NCBI GenBank assembly: GCA_016928095.1 | Contig: JAFGLL010000005.1 | Coordinates: 1,102 to 65,101, forward strand | From: Thermoplasmatota archaeon | GTDB taxonomy: Archaea; Thermoplasmatota; Penumbrarchaeia; Penumbrarchaeales; Penumbrarchaeaceae | Direction: 5' to 3' | Length of the DNA: 64,000 bases | In this document: in pieces, positions 29,334 to 40,400 of the stretch | Numbering within the stretch: the stretch's first letter is position 1 | Layout: the number at the start of each line of letters is the position of its first letter | The notes under the pieces: generated by a model | The model's input: the letters and a program-made list of their open reading frames with translations, nothing else | Database searches by the model: none | What the model was told of the DNA's origin: nothing | Made by a program: the position numbers and the translations under genes

Positions 29334-30983
29334 ATGGATCCCGTTGAGTGCCGATCGGAAAGCCCAAAGGATTACGACACATTGTACAAGGAATTCAAAT
29401 GGGAGGTCCCAGAATACTACAACTTCGGCTTCGATGTGGTAGATAGATGGGCAGAGGACAGGACCAAGTTGGCACTTGTATCCATCCACGCGGATGGGGA
29501 GAAATCCAGCTACCACACTTTCTATGACCTGAAGGTACTCTCCGACCGTTTCGCCAACGTCCTGCTGGACCTCGGGGTCAGAAAAGGGGACAGGGTCCTG
29601 GTCATGCTGGAATCCATTCCACAGTGGTATGTCGTCCTGATAGCCATGTTCAAACTCGGGGTCATCCCGATGCCGGGTACCGTCCTCCTCACTTCGAAGG
29701 ACATCAAGTTCCGTATCAACCGCGCGGAAGCGAACATGGTGATCACCGATGTCAATCACATAGGAAGGGTGGAGAGGATCGCAGAAGAATGCCCTTCGCT
29801 CAAGTACAAGATGGTCATCGACGCCCCGGTCATGGAATGGCTTTACTACAGAGATGAGATGGAAAAGGTCTCGATGGACCTGGACGCTGGCAGGATCGCA
29901 CGGACACGGTCCGATGATCCGATGCTCATTTATTTCACATCAGGCACGACAGGTCACCCGAAGATGGTACTTCACACGCACGCCTACCCGCTTGGGCACC
30001 TTGTCACCGCAAAGTTCGCCCAGGCTCTGACATCCTGCGATCTCCACTGGACCATATCCGAGACGGGCTGGGCGAAGGCTGCCTGGGGCAAACTGTTCGG
30101 GCAGATGATAGTGGGCGCTGCTATAATACAGTGGGAGACCCCCGGCAGGTTCGATCCGGACGGCCTCCTTCGGGCAATGGAGAAATACGGTGTGACGACC
30201 TTCTGCGCACCGCCGACAGTTTACAGGATGCTTATACAGCAGGATCTTCGCAAGTACAAATTGTGCCTTCGTCACTGCATGTCCGCGGGGGAGCCCCTCA
30301 ATCCCGAAGTCATAAAGGTCTGGAAGGAGACCTTCGGACTGGACATCTACGATTTCTTCGGGCAGACCGAGACCGTATGCGTCCTGTCTAACTTTCCCTT
30401 CATGCCCATCAGGTACGGGTCGGTGGGAAAGCCCACACCGGGGCATGATGTCAGGATCGTGGACGATGAAGGGAAAGAGATGCCTCCAGGAGTGGAGGGG
30501 AATATAGCCATCTACCTTGGAGGCGTCAGGCCTCCGGGCCTGCTGAAGGAATACTGGAAGGACCCCGAAGCCATGGAGAAGGCCTTTCACCACGGGTACT
30601 ACTACACCGGAGATATGGCCTACAGGGATGAGGACGGCTATTTCTGGTTCGTTGGACGGGATGACGACGTCATCAAATCCTCGGGCTACCGCATAGGTCC
30701 CTTCGAGGTGGAATCAGCACTGATGGAGCATCCGGCCGTGGCAGAATGCGCGGTGGTCGGTGCCTCAGACCCCAAAGGTATCAGAGGCATCCTGGTGAAG
30801 GCCTATATCATCCTGGCCAAAGGGTATGAACCATCAACAGAGCTGACAAAGGATATCCAGGACCATGTGAAGACCACCACGGCCCCATACAAGTACCCGA
30901 GGCTCGTGGAATATGTCAAGGAGCTTCCCAAGACCATTTCCGGAAAGATCAAACGAAAGGAACTCCGGGAATCTGGAGGGTGA
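29334..30983 (+). CDS. AMP-forming acyl-CoA synthetase (ANL superfamily)
   Basis: AMP-binding motif YFTSGTTGHPKMV, YGQTE, C-terminal SGKIKRKEL. ATG at 29334 with AGGTG 6 nt upstream. The track ORF starts at GTG 29313. Confidence 0.85.
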   Translation: MDPVECRSESPKDYDTLYKEFKWEVPEYYNFGFDVVDRWAEDRTKLALVSIHADGEKSSYHTFYDLKVLSDRFANVLLDLGVRKGDRVLVMLESIPQWYVVLIAMFKLGVIPMPGTVLLTSKDIKFRINRAEANMVITDVNHIGRVERIAEECPSLKYKMVIDAPVMEWLYYRDEMEKVSMDLDAGRIARTRSDDPMLIYFTSGTTGHPKMVLHTHAYPLGHLVTAKFAQALTSCDLHWTISETGWAKAAWGKLFGQMIVGAAIIQWETPGRFDPDGLLRAMEKYGVTTFCAPPTVYRMLIQQDLRKYKLCLRHCMSAGEPLNPEVIKVWKETFGLDIYDFFGQTETVCVLSNFPFMPIRYGSVGKPTPGHDVRIVDDEGKEMPPGVEGNIAIYLGGVRPPGLLKEYWKDPEAMEKAFHHGYYYTGDMAYRDEDGYFWFVGRDDDVIKSSGYRIGPFEVESALMEHPAVAECAVVGASDPKGIRGILVKAYIILAKGYEPSTELTKDIQDHVKTTTAPYKYPRLVEYVKELPKTISGKIKRKELRESGG

Positions 30984-30986
30984 TGT

Positions 30987-33900
30987 TCACTTTTTCGGAG
31001 GTAGGGCCTTCTTACCAGCCTTTTCGCCCTTGAGCTCCTTCCTTCCGGTCTTGCCGTCGGGGATCTGCTTCCTGGGAGTTTCGACGATCTCCGCGTTCTC
31101 CTCCCTCTGCTGCTTGTCCATCCGGTAATAGGCATACCCCATGGCGGCGATTATCAGCAGGAGCAGTACAACGAACACGATCATGAGGGCCTGTACATTC
31201 GACCCGTTCTCATCGTCAGCATCACTATCCGGGCCGACATGGATATCTTTCGGATCGACTACCTGGATGGTCAGAGGCTGGGTATAGGAACTGATCCCGT
31301 CCAGCGAGGTGATGGTGATGTTCAGTGAGTACATTCCCACCTTGGCATCCTTTGCGGCATCGACGTGGAACGTCGTGTTGACGGAGGAGCCCGGTGCCAC
31401 CTCTATCTGGTTCGCGCCCGTCGTGATCTCCATATCCGATCTCAGCAACGCATCTCCATCCACCCTGATCTTGATATTGTCGAAGGTGAACCCGTGGTTG
31501 GAGACCGTCATATTGATGGTCACACCGCTGTCCTGATAGACGACCACAAGCATCCTCTGGAGCTTCAGGACCGGATTGTAAACACCGACGGACATGGAGA
31601 AATGCGATATCGGAGCGAAATCCTTTCCGTCAGAGGAGAGCAGATCGATATAGTACACCCCCTCCTGAAGGGGGGAGAGGATCGGATATCTGGTATCGGT
31701 CAGGACGGATATCCATGGAAGGACATCCGACCCTCCGTAGTATCTTCCTATTCTGATGAAATAATAGACCTTGTCGCCATCAGGGTCCTCTGCCGGCGTC
31801 CAGCTGATCACCGGAGTTCTATCACTGGTCGCCTTCGGCTCGAAGTCCACCACCGGATCGGGCGGGTAATTGGCATCGGTGGATATGATCAGGGTCGAAT
31901 TGGCCGCCGGACCTTTCAAACCATTCGATTCAGGTACGACCTCCACAAGATAGAGGTGACCCGGAACGAATAGCTGGTCGATCTCGGGGTCCCAGTAGGT
32001 GTTCCCGGGAGTTATCTCCTCATCCGTTGCAATGTAGATGAACGAAGACTGGTCGTACACGGATATCCTGTAGGTCACGAGATCACCATCCGGATCGAAC
32101 GAAGGGGACCAGGTGATATGCGGCCTTACGGACCCTGAGACCTTTGGTTGGATGGAGGAAACCTTAGACGGCGGGCGATCTCCCGCTTCTTCCTGGTCCT
32201 CCCGGACCACGATCTGTATGTTGGCGGACAGCCCCGAGTTGCCAAGGAGGTCCCTGGCCCTGACCCGGACGAAATTATAAAAACCGAACGAGAGGGACAG
32301 GTTGAAGCGGATCTCGACCGCATCCTCCACAACCTCATAGCTCCCCTTTATGCTGGACAGGTTCTGCCATGGAAGGAACTTATCTACACCGTCAACTGAA
32401 TAGGAGACATCTATGTTCTCCGGATCGACCCCTATTCCACCATCAGTGATGCTGGCCGTGAAGGACACGACAGTCTCGTTGAAAACGGCCCCCGACCTGG
32501 GTGATGTCATGAGAACGGATGGACCGGTCGCATCCACCCAAACCTTGTAGGTCTCGCTGATGGAGTACTCCTCGTCCTCCCCCCCGTTCCCCAGCATGTC
32601 CTTTGCCCTGAACCTGATCAGGTTATTCATTCCCTCGAGGAATGTGACATTGACATCGTAGAGAACGGTCAGGTTGTCTATTATGTTGACGTCACCCTTC
32701 CTCTGCCATCGGTCCCATTCGCCCTTCTCCTCCTGAAAGGTCTGATAGAATACGGACCATGGATCGACCCCGGAGATATCATCCTTGATCAACAGCTGGA
32801 ACCTTACTATGTTCCGGTCGATCCATTCGTTCTCCTCCGGTTCCCAGAGCTCGAAGGTCGGACCGTTCTGATCGATCTTCGGAAGGTTCATCACGGGGGT
32901 GGTCACCAAGGTCCTGTTCCCGGAAGCGGCCCTTGCCTCGAAGAAGAAGTAGAGGTCAAGCTCTCTTTCAACATCAAGCGAGAGCAGATATGTCTCACCG
33001 TTGCGGTAATCGAAATCCGGGGCCGGGCTTTTTCGCATTGTCATGGGGAAAGGGGAACCGGGGTACGGGAACAGAGACCCGCCCATGGTCCGGTAGGAGA
33101 TGTTCACCTTGGGGAAGCCCAGATCGGGAGGATCGTTCTCGACATCGTAGTAAGTGACCTTGAAATGGAAGGTATCGTCCACGACACCCATCACCGGGTC
33201 CACTGACCCTTCCTCTAGCCTGGGTCCAGAACCGGCTTCCCCGGACTGTGTGGTCCTGGTGAAGAATATATCCGTCTGTCCCTCCCTCCGATTATCTCTC
33301 CAGACGAAATATCCCAATCCTCCATCCTCCACTGCAACTGCCGGATCGTCCTGTACAGTTCCCTGGACCGGCTCGTTCACAGTATAGGTTCGATCGAATG
33401 TTCCATTGGAGAATATCCTTGTCATCATGATATCGGACTTGAAATCAGAGATACCGGGTGATGACGTCCACGCTATGGTGATGTTACCCCCTGTGTCCAT
33501 GGCGATCCTGGGCTCCATCTGATAACCGGAGGTCTCGTTGGGGTGCACGCATCGGTCCAGAGTGAACGTCATACCTAGGTCCATGGATGATGCCATGTAG
33601 ATATCGGCAGAGGTTGATCTGGGGTCCCTCCACACTATGTGAACAACATCCTGGTCCGCTACGATATCGGGCTCGCCCTGGTCCGATCCGGTCGGGTCCC
33701 TGCTGATCCTGATGGACGGATCGAAGGTATCGCCCCCATCCAGCGAGGTGGCCATGTAGATGTCATCGTCCCAGACCCTGTCGTCCACCCAGGTAACATG
33801 AACGCGGTCGCTCTCGGGAAAGCTCACCCTGGGGACAGTGCATTTGTAGATCGTTGTCACGTCGGAGATCTTTACAGCTCCCTCGAAACCGGAACCTCTA

Positions 33901-34487
33901 TCGATCGATCCGTAGATCTGAGGATATCCTGGCCGGTCCCTGGTGTCCTCCCAGACCACTGCCAGCTCATCATAAGGCGAGACATCGATGTCGGGGAAGG
34001 ACTGGGTTCCGGAAAAATGGTCGTTCACCTTGGTGTTGGTCGAATAACTGGACCCGTGATCCTCGGAGCGAGCATAGAATATCATCGACCTGCCTTCGCG
34101 GTCGTCGCTCCATACCACATGGACCGTTCCGTCCGAAGCCACTACCGCATGTGGATACATCTGGCTTGTGAGATCGTCCGTCAAGGTCGCTGTCTTCATA
34201 GTATCGTCCACCCTGACCTCCTGACCAAAGGTCAGACCGCCATCATGCGATGCTCTCGAAAATACATCCCAGTTACCATCCCTCCGGTCCTGCCAGAATA
34301 TGTACACATCATTGCCATCCGCCACGATGTCCGGTGAACTCTGGGACTCGGTGCCAAGGTCCTTGTTGATGATCCGGTCGCTTTCGAAAGCTATGGAACC
34401 CCCGGCATCGTCAACATTGAACAGCATCAAGGTCGTGCACACCAGCATCAAGATGACCAGTGCGCTCCATGCTCTCACGTTGTTCAT
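30987..34487 (-). CDS. Large surface protein with BNR/Asp-box beta-propeller (sialidase-like fold) and FN3-like domains, C-terminal TM with basic cytoplasmic tail
   Basis: ATG at 34487 preceded by GGAGGTGG. Signal peptide WSALVILMLVCTTLML. Asp-boxes SHDGGLTF, SEDHGSSY, SLDGGDTF, SSMDLGMTF. C-terminal TM ALMIVFVVLLLLIIAAMGYAYY plus K-rich tail. The start overlaps the upstream gene's stop (ATGA). Confidence 0.7.
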   Translation of the reverse strand: MNNVRAWSALVILMLVCTTLMLFNVDDAGGSIAFESDRIINKDLGTESQSSPDIVADGNDVYIFWQDRRDGNWDVFSRASHDGGLTFGQEVRVDDTMKTATLTDDLTSQMYPHAVVASDGTVHVVWSDDREGRSMIFYARSEDHGSSYSTNTKVNDHFSGTQSFPDIDVSPYDELAVVWEDTRDRPGYPQIYGSIDRGSGFEGAVKISDVTTIYKCTVPRVSFPESDRVHVTWVDDRVWDDDIYMATSLDGGDTFDPSIRISRDPTGSDQGEPDIVADQDVVHIVWRDPRSTSADIYMASSMDLGMTFTLDRCVHPNETSGYQMEPRIAMDTGGNITIAWTSSPGISDFKSDIMMTRIFSNGTFDRTYTVNEPVQGTVQDDPAVAVEDGGLGYFVWRDNRREGQTDIFFTRTTQSGEAGSGPRLEEGSVDPVMGVVDDTFHFKVTYYDVENDPPDLGFPKVNISYRTMGGSLFPYPGSPFPMTMRKSPAPDFDYRNGETYLLSLDVERELDLYFFFEARAASGNRTLVTTPVMNLPKIDQNGPTFELWEPEENEWIDRNIVRFQLLIKDDISGVDPWSVFYQTFQEEKGEWDRWQRKGDVNIIDNLTVLYDVNVTFLEGMNNLIRFRAKDMLGNGGEDEEYSISETYKVWVDATGPSVLMTSPRSGAVFNETVVSFTASITDGGIGVDPENIDVSYSVDGVDKFLPWQNLSSIKGSYEVVEDAVEIRFNLSLSFGFYNFVRVRARDLLGNSGLSANIQIVVREDQEEAGDRPPSKVSSIQPKVSGSVRPHITWSPSFDPDGDLVTYRISVYDQSSFIYIATDEEITPGNTYWDPEIDQLFVPGHLYLVEVVPESNGLKGPAANSTLIISTDANYPPDPVVDFEPKATSDRTPVISWTPAEDPDGDKVYYFIRIGRYYGGSDVLPWISVLTDTRYPILSPLQEGVYYIDLLSSDGKDFAPISHFSMSVGVYNPVLKLQRMLVVVYQDSGVTINMTVSNHGFTFDNIKIRVDGDALLRSDMEITTGANQIEVAPGSSVNTTFHVDAAKDAKVGMYSLNITITSLDGISSYTQPLTIQVVDPKDIHVGPDSDADDENGSNVQALMIVFVVLLLLIIAAMGYAYYRMDKQQREENAEIVETPRKQIPDGKTGRKELKGEKAGKKALPPKK

Positions 34488-37400
34488 TGCCCCACCTCCC
34501 ATTCATCCTCATCATCCGGATCTTCCTCCTCCATCTCCAGGTCCTCGAGGTCCTCCTCATCGTAGAGGTCAAGGTCCTCCTCATCCACCTCTTCCTCTTC
34601 CTCGTCCTCCTCCTCGTCCGATACCGGAATTTCCTCTGCCTCATCGTTCACATCCTCTTCCGTTAGTTCCTCCGGTTCCTCCTCCAGGTCCTGGTCGGTA
34701 TCTTCCACCAGTCCCTCCTCACCAGGTTTTAAAAGGAGCTCTTTCCTTTTCCGTCCTCTCTTCTTTTTACCTGCCTTTTCCATCTTTACCTTGTCCTCGG
34801 CTGTGAAAACGGAACCGCATTTCATGCAGTACTCGTCCGTTAGCCTGACATCGTTTCCGCAGTAAGGGCATACCGGAACAAAGTGGTCAGGTTCGTAAAC
34901 AGCATCCACCAGAGGTTGATCGGGCTCGCGTGGAGATCCCGATCTGCTCCTTTTTATCAGCAGATAGACCAGCAGCCCACCTATGATGAGGCCGATGAGG
35001 AGAGAGACCAGCAGGAGCGGGAACCAGTCACAGAACCTGTCCCATATCGAACCTTTGTTCCCGCCATCTCCCGATGACTCCTCATCCTGCACAACAACAC
35101 TTAGGAGGTACCTTTCGGATTCAACCACATTCTTTCCGTCGGAGACCACCAGCCATATCCTGTGTACACCGGGAGTGTTCAATGTTGCATTGAGGACCCT
35201 TCCGCTGCCCAGGCTGTCCTGCAATGGATAGAACTCGAGGTCGGAATACCAGACATAAGTGAGTTCCAGTCCTTCCGGATCGTATGAGACCGACCCATCA
35301 AGGACAATGGTATCACCCTGCTTGATGGTGTCCACGGCCGGGTAGATCGTGAAGACCGAGATCGGTAGGAGGTCCCTTTCGGTGATCGCAACCTCTATCT
35401 TGACAGGGGCCGAGACCACCCATCCGTTGCCAGCACTGTCTATGACCCGGAACTTTATCTGGTTGAAAGGACCTTCGTCGAAGAGGACCTCGACGGAAGC
35501 TGCGTACGACCCGCCCCCCCGATCCTCCAGATCGTCAACCTTCAGCCACGGGGAATACCCACCAACACCAAATTGGACCCACCCGCTAATCGTCGAATAG
35601 GAGAACTCTACATTGGATGTTTCCAATCCGGACCCCTCCTCCATTATGAAAGCGGTCACCATCACATCTCGGTCCCTGAGCACCGTGGACCCGTTGGGGA
35701 GGAAACCGTTGAATACGGGCATCTCGTCATCTATGTAGATAGAAACGAGATCGCTCTCCACCATATTTCCCGCAATATCGCTCACCATCCACTGGCCGAA
35801 ACCCCAACCACGGTAGGATGGTAGTACATTGACCGAAGGGGAAGCGCTGGCACCGGCTCCGGACATACCCAGATCGGTCCAGGGCAGGGTATAAAGCTCA
35901 TCCCTCGAGCCGATCCGGTAGTTTATGGAATCCAGCAGGAGACCCGATCCGGTATCCTCGATATAACAGCCCAACGAGAAGGATCCCGGACCGACAAGCA
36001 TGCCGTCCTGATCGCCGATATCGATGGTGGGAAGGTTGATGTCCATATTGTAGGAGAATGGAAGAGATATCGAGGTCTGTCCGGCCAGATCGCTCACCTT
36101 CCATTGTATGTAATTCCCGAAACCATTGGCGGAGGGGACCGTCGCATTCAACCGGACTGAACCATCGAAGGTCGTGATCTCCCTGACAGGCATCCAATCC
36201 GATAAGATCCTCACATCCGAGCGGAAGACCCGATACATTGCAGAGGATATGTCGATACCCACACCGTCATCGGAGACCATTATGGAAAAGCCGTTCGTGA
36301 AGTCGTTTATCCATGCGTTATCCCCTGGGAGAGCACCGTAGAACCTGGGATCATTGATATCCAAAAATAAGGTACGGTTCTCGAAAGGACCGATGTTCCC
36401 GGCCCTGTCACAGGCGAAGAACGAGAGGGTATAGGCTCCTCCGGGAAGGAATATCAGATCGCCGGGGACCAGGTAATCCATCTCAGAAATGATGTTCAGA
36501 TCCTGCCCCAAGACCCGCAGGGTGTAGTTCGATATACCGGAACCTCCCTGGTCCGAAACCTCGGTCCAGTAGACCTCTATGAACTGATCATCATCCACGT
36601 CCGAGATGCCGGATTCCTTCCCGTCGGGGAAGATATTGAAAGATGAGACCGGAGGTGGTTTTACCGTATCGACGTTTAGCTTGAAGGTTACATCCTGACT
36701 CCATTCGGCCCCCCTGGGAAGCGTCCCGTTCGTCAGCCTGTATGTCAGGTCCCTTCCATATAACCCCCCACCAGGAACGGCTGTGATATTGTCCAGGAAG
36801 GACCCGTTCATAACTGCCTTACCGATGGTGATACCATCGGGGCGTTTCAGGGATATCTCCACTCTCGTGGCGTTGGGACCGAACGGTACTCCGGATGTCC
36901 CGTGGACCAGTGAGACATTGCAGACATTGAATTCCGAATCCTCCTTCATCCAGCCTTTGACGGGGGATCCTTCGGGGTCAAGTACCTTGAGATATGAGCT
37001 GTCCAGCCCGATCTCCCTATCGACAACGAACTCGTCGTTGAGGTAATTGGAGTGCGATCCGACCGTGCCACTGGTCGAGGTCACTATCAGGTCGGGGTCC
37101 GGAAGGTCCCAGCCGACCTTGACCATGAACACAACGAACCAAGATTGGACCCCATCGGTCCTGCCAGTACTCAGTGAAGGATATAACATGAGCTGGTCCT
37201 CGAAGTCCCCGGTGGCGATGATGGAGAATTCTTTGGTAGATGTGTCGAAGCTGAGCTCGGCGAAACCTGCAGCATCCTGGCTCATCATCTGGACATTTAC
37301 TGTGTCAATATGTTCGTAACCTACCTGGGAGCGTGCCGCTACCTTGAACTGATAAGGACCCTCCCCGGGTGCCAGGATATCCCTTGGTCTATCGAGTGGG

Positions 37401-40400
37401 CCGGCTATCTCCACAGCGCCTGAGATCTCAAGGGGTTGGGTCCTTACCGATAGGCTGAACAGGTCCTTCCCCTCCCAAAGATATACCACGCCAGGGCTGC
37501 TGCCGTCCAGCAAGGGATCGGCACCCGGAGCTCCGATGAACAGGTCATACTTGCCATCACCCGTGATGTCCTTCCCCGCAAGGGCGGACCCTGCCTCATC
37601 ATTGTCCATGAAGCCGGAGATCAGCGGCAGGGAGGAAGTATTGATGGTCAAAGAGGAGGTCAGTAAAGAATGTGGGAACACATGGACACAACCCGTGACG
37701 AGACCGCTTATCGGGTCCTGAAACCCCTTGGCCCCTATGAACACGTCCAGATCTCCATTCCCGTCAATATCCCCCAGGTCCACCGAGGATCCGGTCCTCT
37801 GATTGACCTGATCACCGCATACCGACACATTGAACTCTGTCCTCAGGGAGATCGTTCCCGAGGGCATCCTTGATGCAAGGAACTCCCCCTGAAGTATGAA
37901 TAGGTTCCCTCCTTCCTTGACGGTTCTCTGAAATCCATCTCCCGATGGGCTTCCCAGGAAGAGTTCGGCCTTCCCATCATCATCCATATCCCTGGCCACA
38001 AGAGATGATCCCACCTCATCATAGGGCCAGGCTCCGAATATACGAAGGCTCGGTTCTGTTACAAGATCGATATCCTGGTTCCAGGTACTCCTGCCCCGCA
38101 GGACATAGGTCACTCCCTGTCTGGTGATGGACCCGGCCTTCGACTTGGGTGCCCCTATCGCCAGGTCACCGATCCCGTCCCCATCCATGTCATCGATGGC
38201 CAGGGTCTCCCCGATGAACTCTGTATCCTCCGTTCCGATGATCTTGACATCATAGATATTGCGGACGCTCCTACTTGTCGTTCCGGAGAGGGGTCCGAAC
38301 ATGATATAGACCATTCCGGCATGGTACCTGTCAGCGGTCTCGGCTCCGTGATCGTAGGGAGCGCCGAATGCCAGGTCGTCGATCCCGTCACCGTTCAGGT
38401 CTCCCACTGCAATTGCGGACCCGATCCGTTCGACAAGGTAGCCGGTATAGGTCAGGTTGGTTCTGGTCATCATGTAGGACCTCGTGCCCCCCCAGAAGAT
38501 GTGGACACTTCCAGCGTCGTTGTACAGCCCGCTGATCTGTGCGGAGGGCGCACCGACCACAAGATCGGGATAGCCATCATTGTTGAGGTCTCCTGTTGCC
38601 ATTGCCCAGCCGAAACGGGAAAAGCTCATGGCATCATTGTAGCGAATATCAGTAGAATCCGCTGCGTAATATCTGCCGCTCCAACCAGCTGGCTCACCGA
38701 AGAACATATGCGCGTATCCTGTCCGACCCGGGTCACCTCCGAGATAATCCCCCACTACCAGGTCATCGTTCCCATCCTGGTCGAAGTCCTCCACTACCAT
38801 CGCGGACCCGAAGCAGGAGGCATTGAACTGACCGACGAACGATGCATCGAAAGAACTTGATTGAGATAGGAAGCTTACAAGGCCGGTCCCCACCGTGGGG
38901 CCCAGATCGACGACCTCTTTGGGGGAGGATATCAGGACCTCCTCCTGACCGTCGATCAGCATCTCCGATGCGGCCATGCTCTGGAAAGCACCGCATTCCC
39001 TTGACCTGCCCTTGTATGCTTTTATGGAGTCTTGGAATGTGAGGACGGAAGGGAACGATCCATCAATGTCGAACAGATAGGCCTCTCCGCAGTCGAACTC
39101 AAGGTTGTCCACACCGTCACCTCCCGGTGCGGCTACAAGCAGTTCGTCGTAACCATCACCGTCAATATCCGCCCCGAGGGTCGTCTTCCCCCAAAGATCG
39201 GATGAATCCACTCCGTACGATGTTGTACTGGCATCCGAACGCCCCAGCTGAATGTCGGTTGTGACATTGCGTCCGATGTGGATATCGAACTGTCCGGCCT
39301 TCTTCCTCCAGGTTTCCACACCAGGTGCATAGGGAAGGCCGATCACGAGATCGTCCTCATCCCCGCCCCCAAGGTCCGCGAACGTCAGGGAAGCCTCCTC
39401 CCAACCACCGGATCGGAGGCTGAACTGAACATCTGGATAGAAATCTGTTCCCTGGTGGACCTGGATGTCGGTTCCCAGAGGGACCCCCGGATATGTGTAA
39501 CCCCCGAGCATGATGACGGCATAACCCTCCCCATTGAACCTGTAGCTGAACGAGAGATCGCCAATGGAATCTCCATTGAAATCCCCCACTGCCAGGCCAT
39601 TCCCTATATGAGTGGCATATGCATCGGCGGTCACGACGGCTTCTCCGAAATATCTTACCATGGGTCTGGAAAAGGAAAGATCGACCGTACCAATGCCCGT
39701 TCCAACCCCTTTGATCACCTCGATCTCCCAGGAGCCAAAGCATTCGTTATCATATTCGGATTCGACCGGATCAGCTTTCCCACCGTGCCCCTCGCTCCGT
39801 ATTACCAATTCAGGTACACCATCGTCGTCGAGGTCGCCCGCCTCGAGAGCAGTACCCAGCCGGTCGCCACCTTCCCTGCCGTATACATGACAGAAAAGCC
39901 CCACCCTGTCGATCTGCATCGAAGTACCAAAGGAGACCCGCTGCCTGCCCGTTATCACATAAACCTCTCCCGAGTCCCTCCGGCCGTTCAGGGGACCATC
40001 TGCAAAGGGAGCTCCGATCATCAGATCGTCCCTTCCGTCCAGGTTGAGGTCCTCAACGAGAAGGGAGCTTCCGAACCAATCATCGACATCACCCGCTGTA
40101 ATGACAAGGTCAGCATCGTAGTGCCCGATCAATGTGAAAAGTTCATCCGGTTCACGAGCAAAATATACCATAACCGCACCTCCACCCGCACCAAGTCTTG
40201 ACATCGGGGCCCCGATCACGATGTCACCCCTTCCGTCTCCGTCGAGGTCGCCGGATGCGACCGTTGAACCGAAGGGTACCCCCGATTCTCCCCCCAGTAT
40301 GGACATGGTATCATCCCTGCCAAGGACCACGTATGAATCCTGGTCCAGGGATGCGGGGGTTTCAGACCGTGTTTCGTTCCCCCCGATTACCGTTGGCAGG

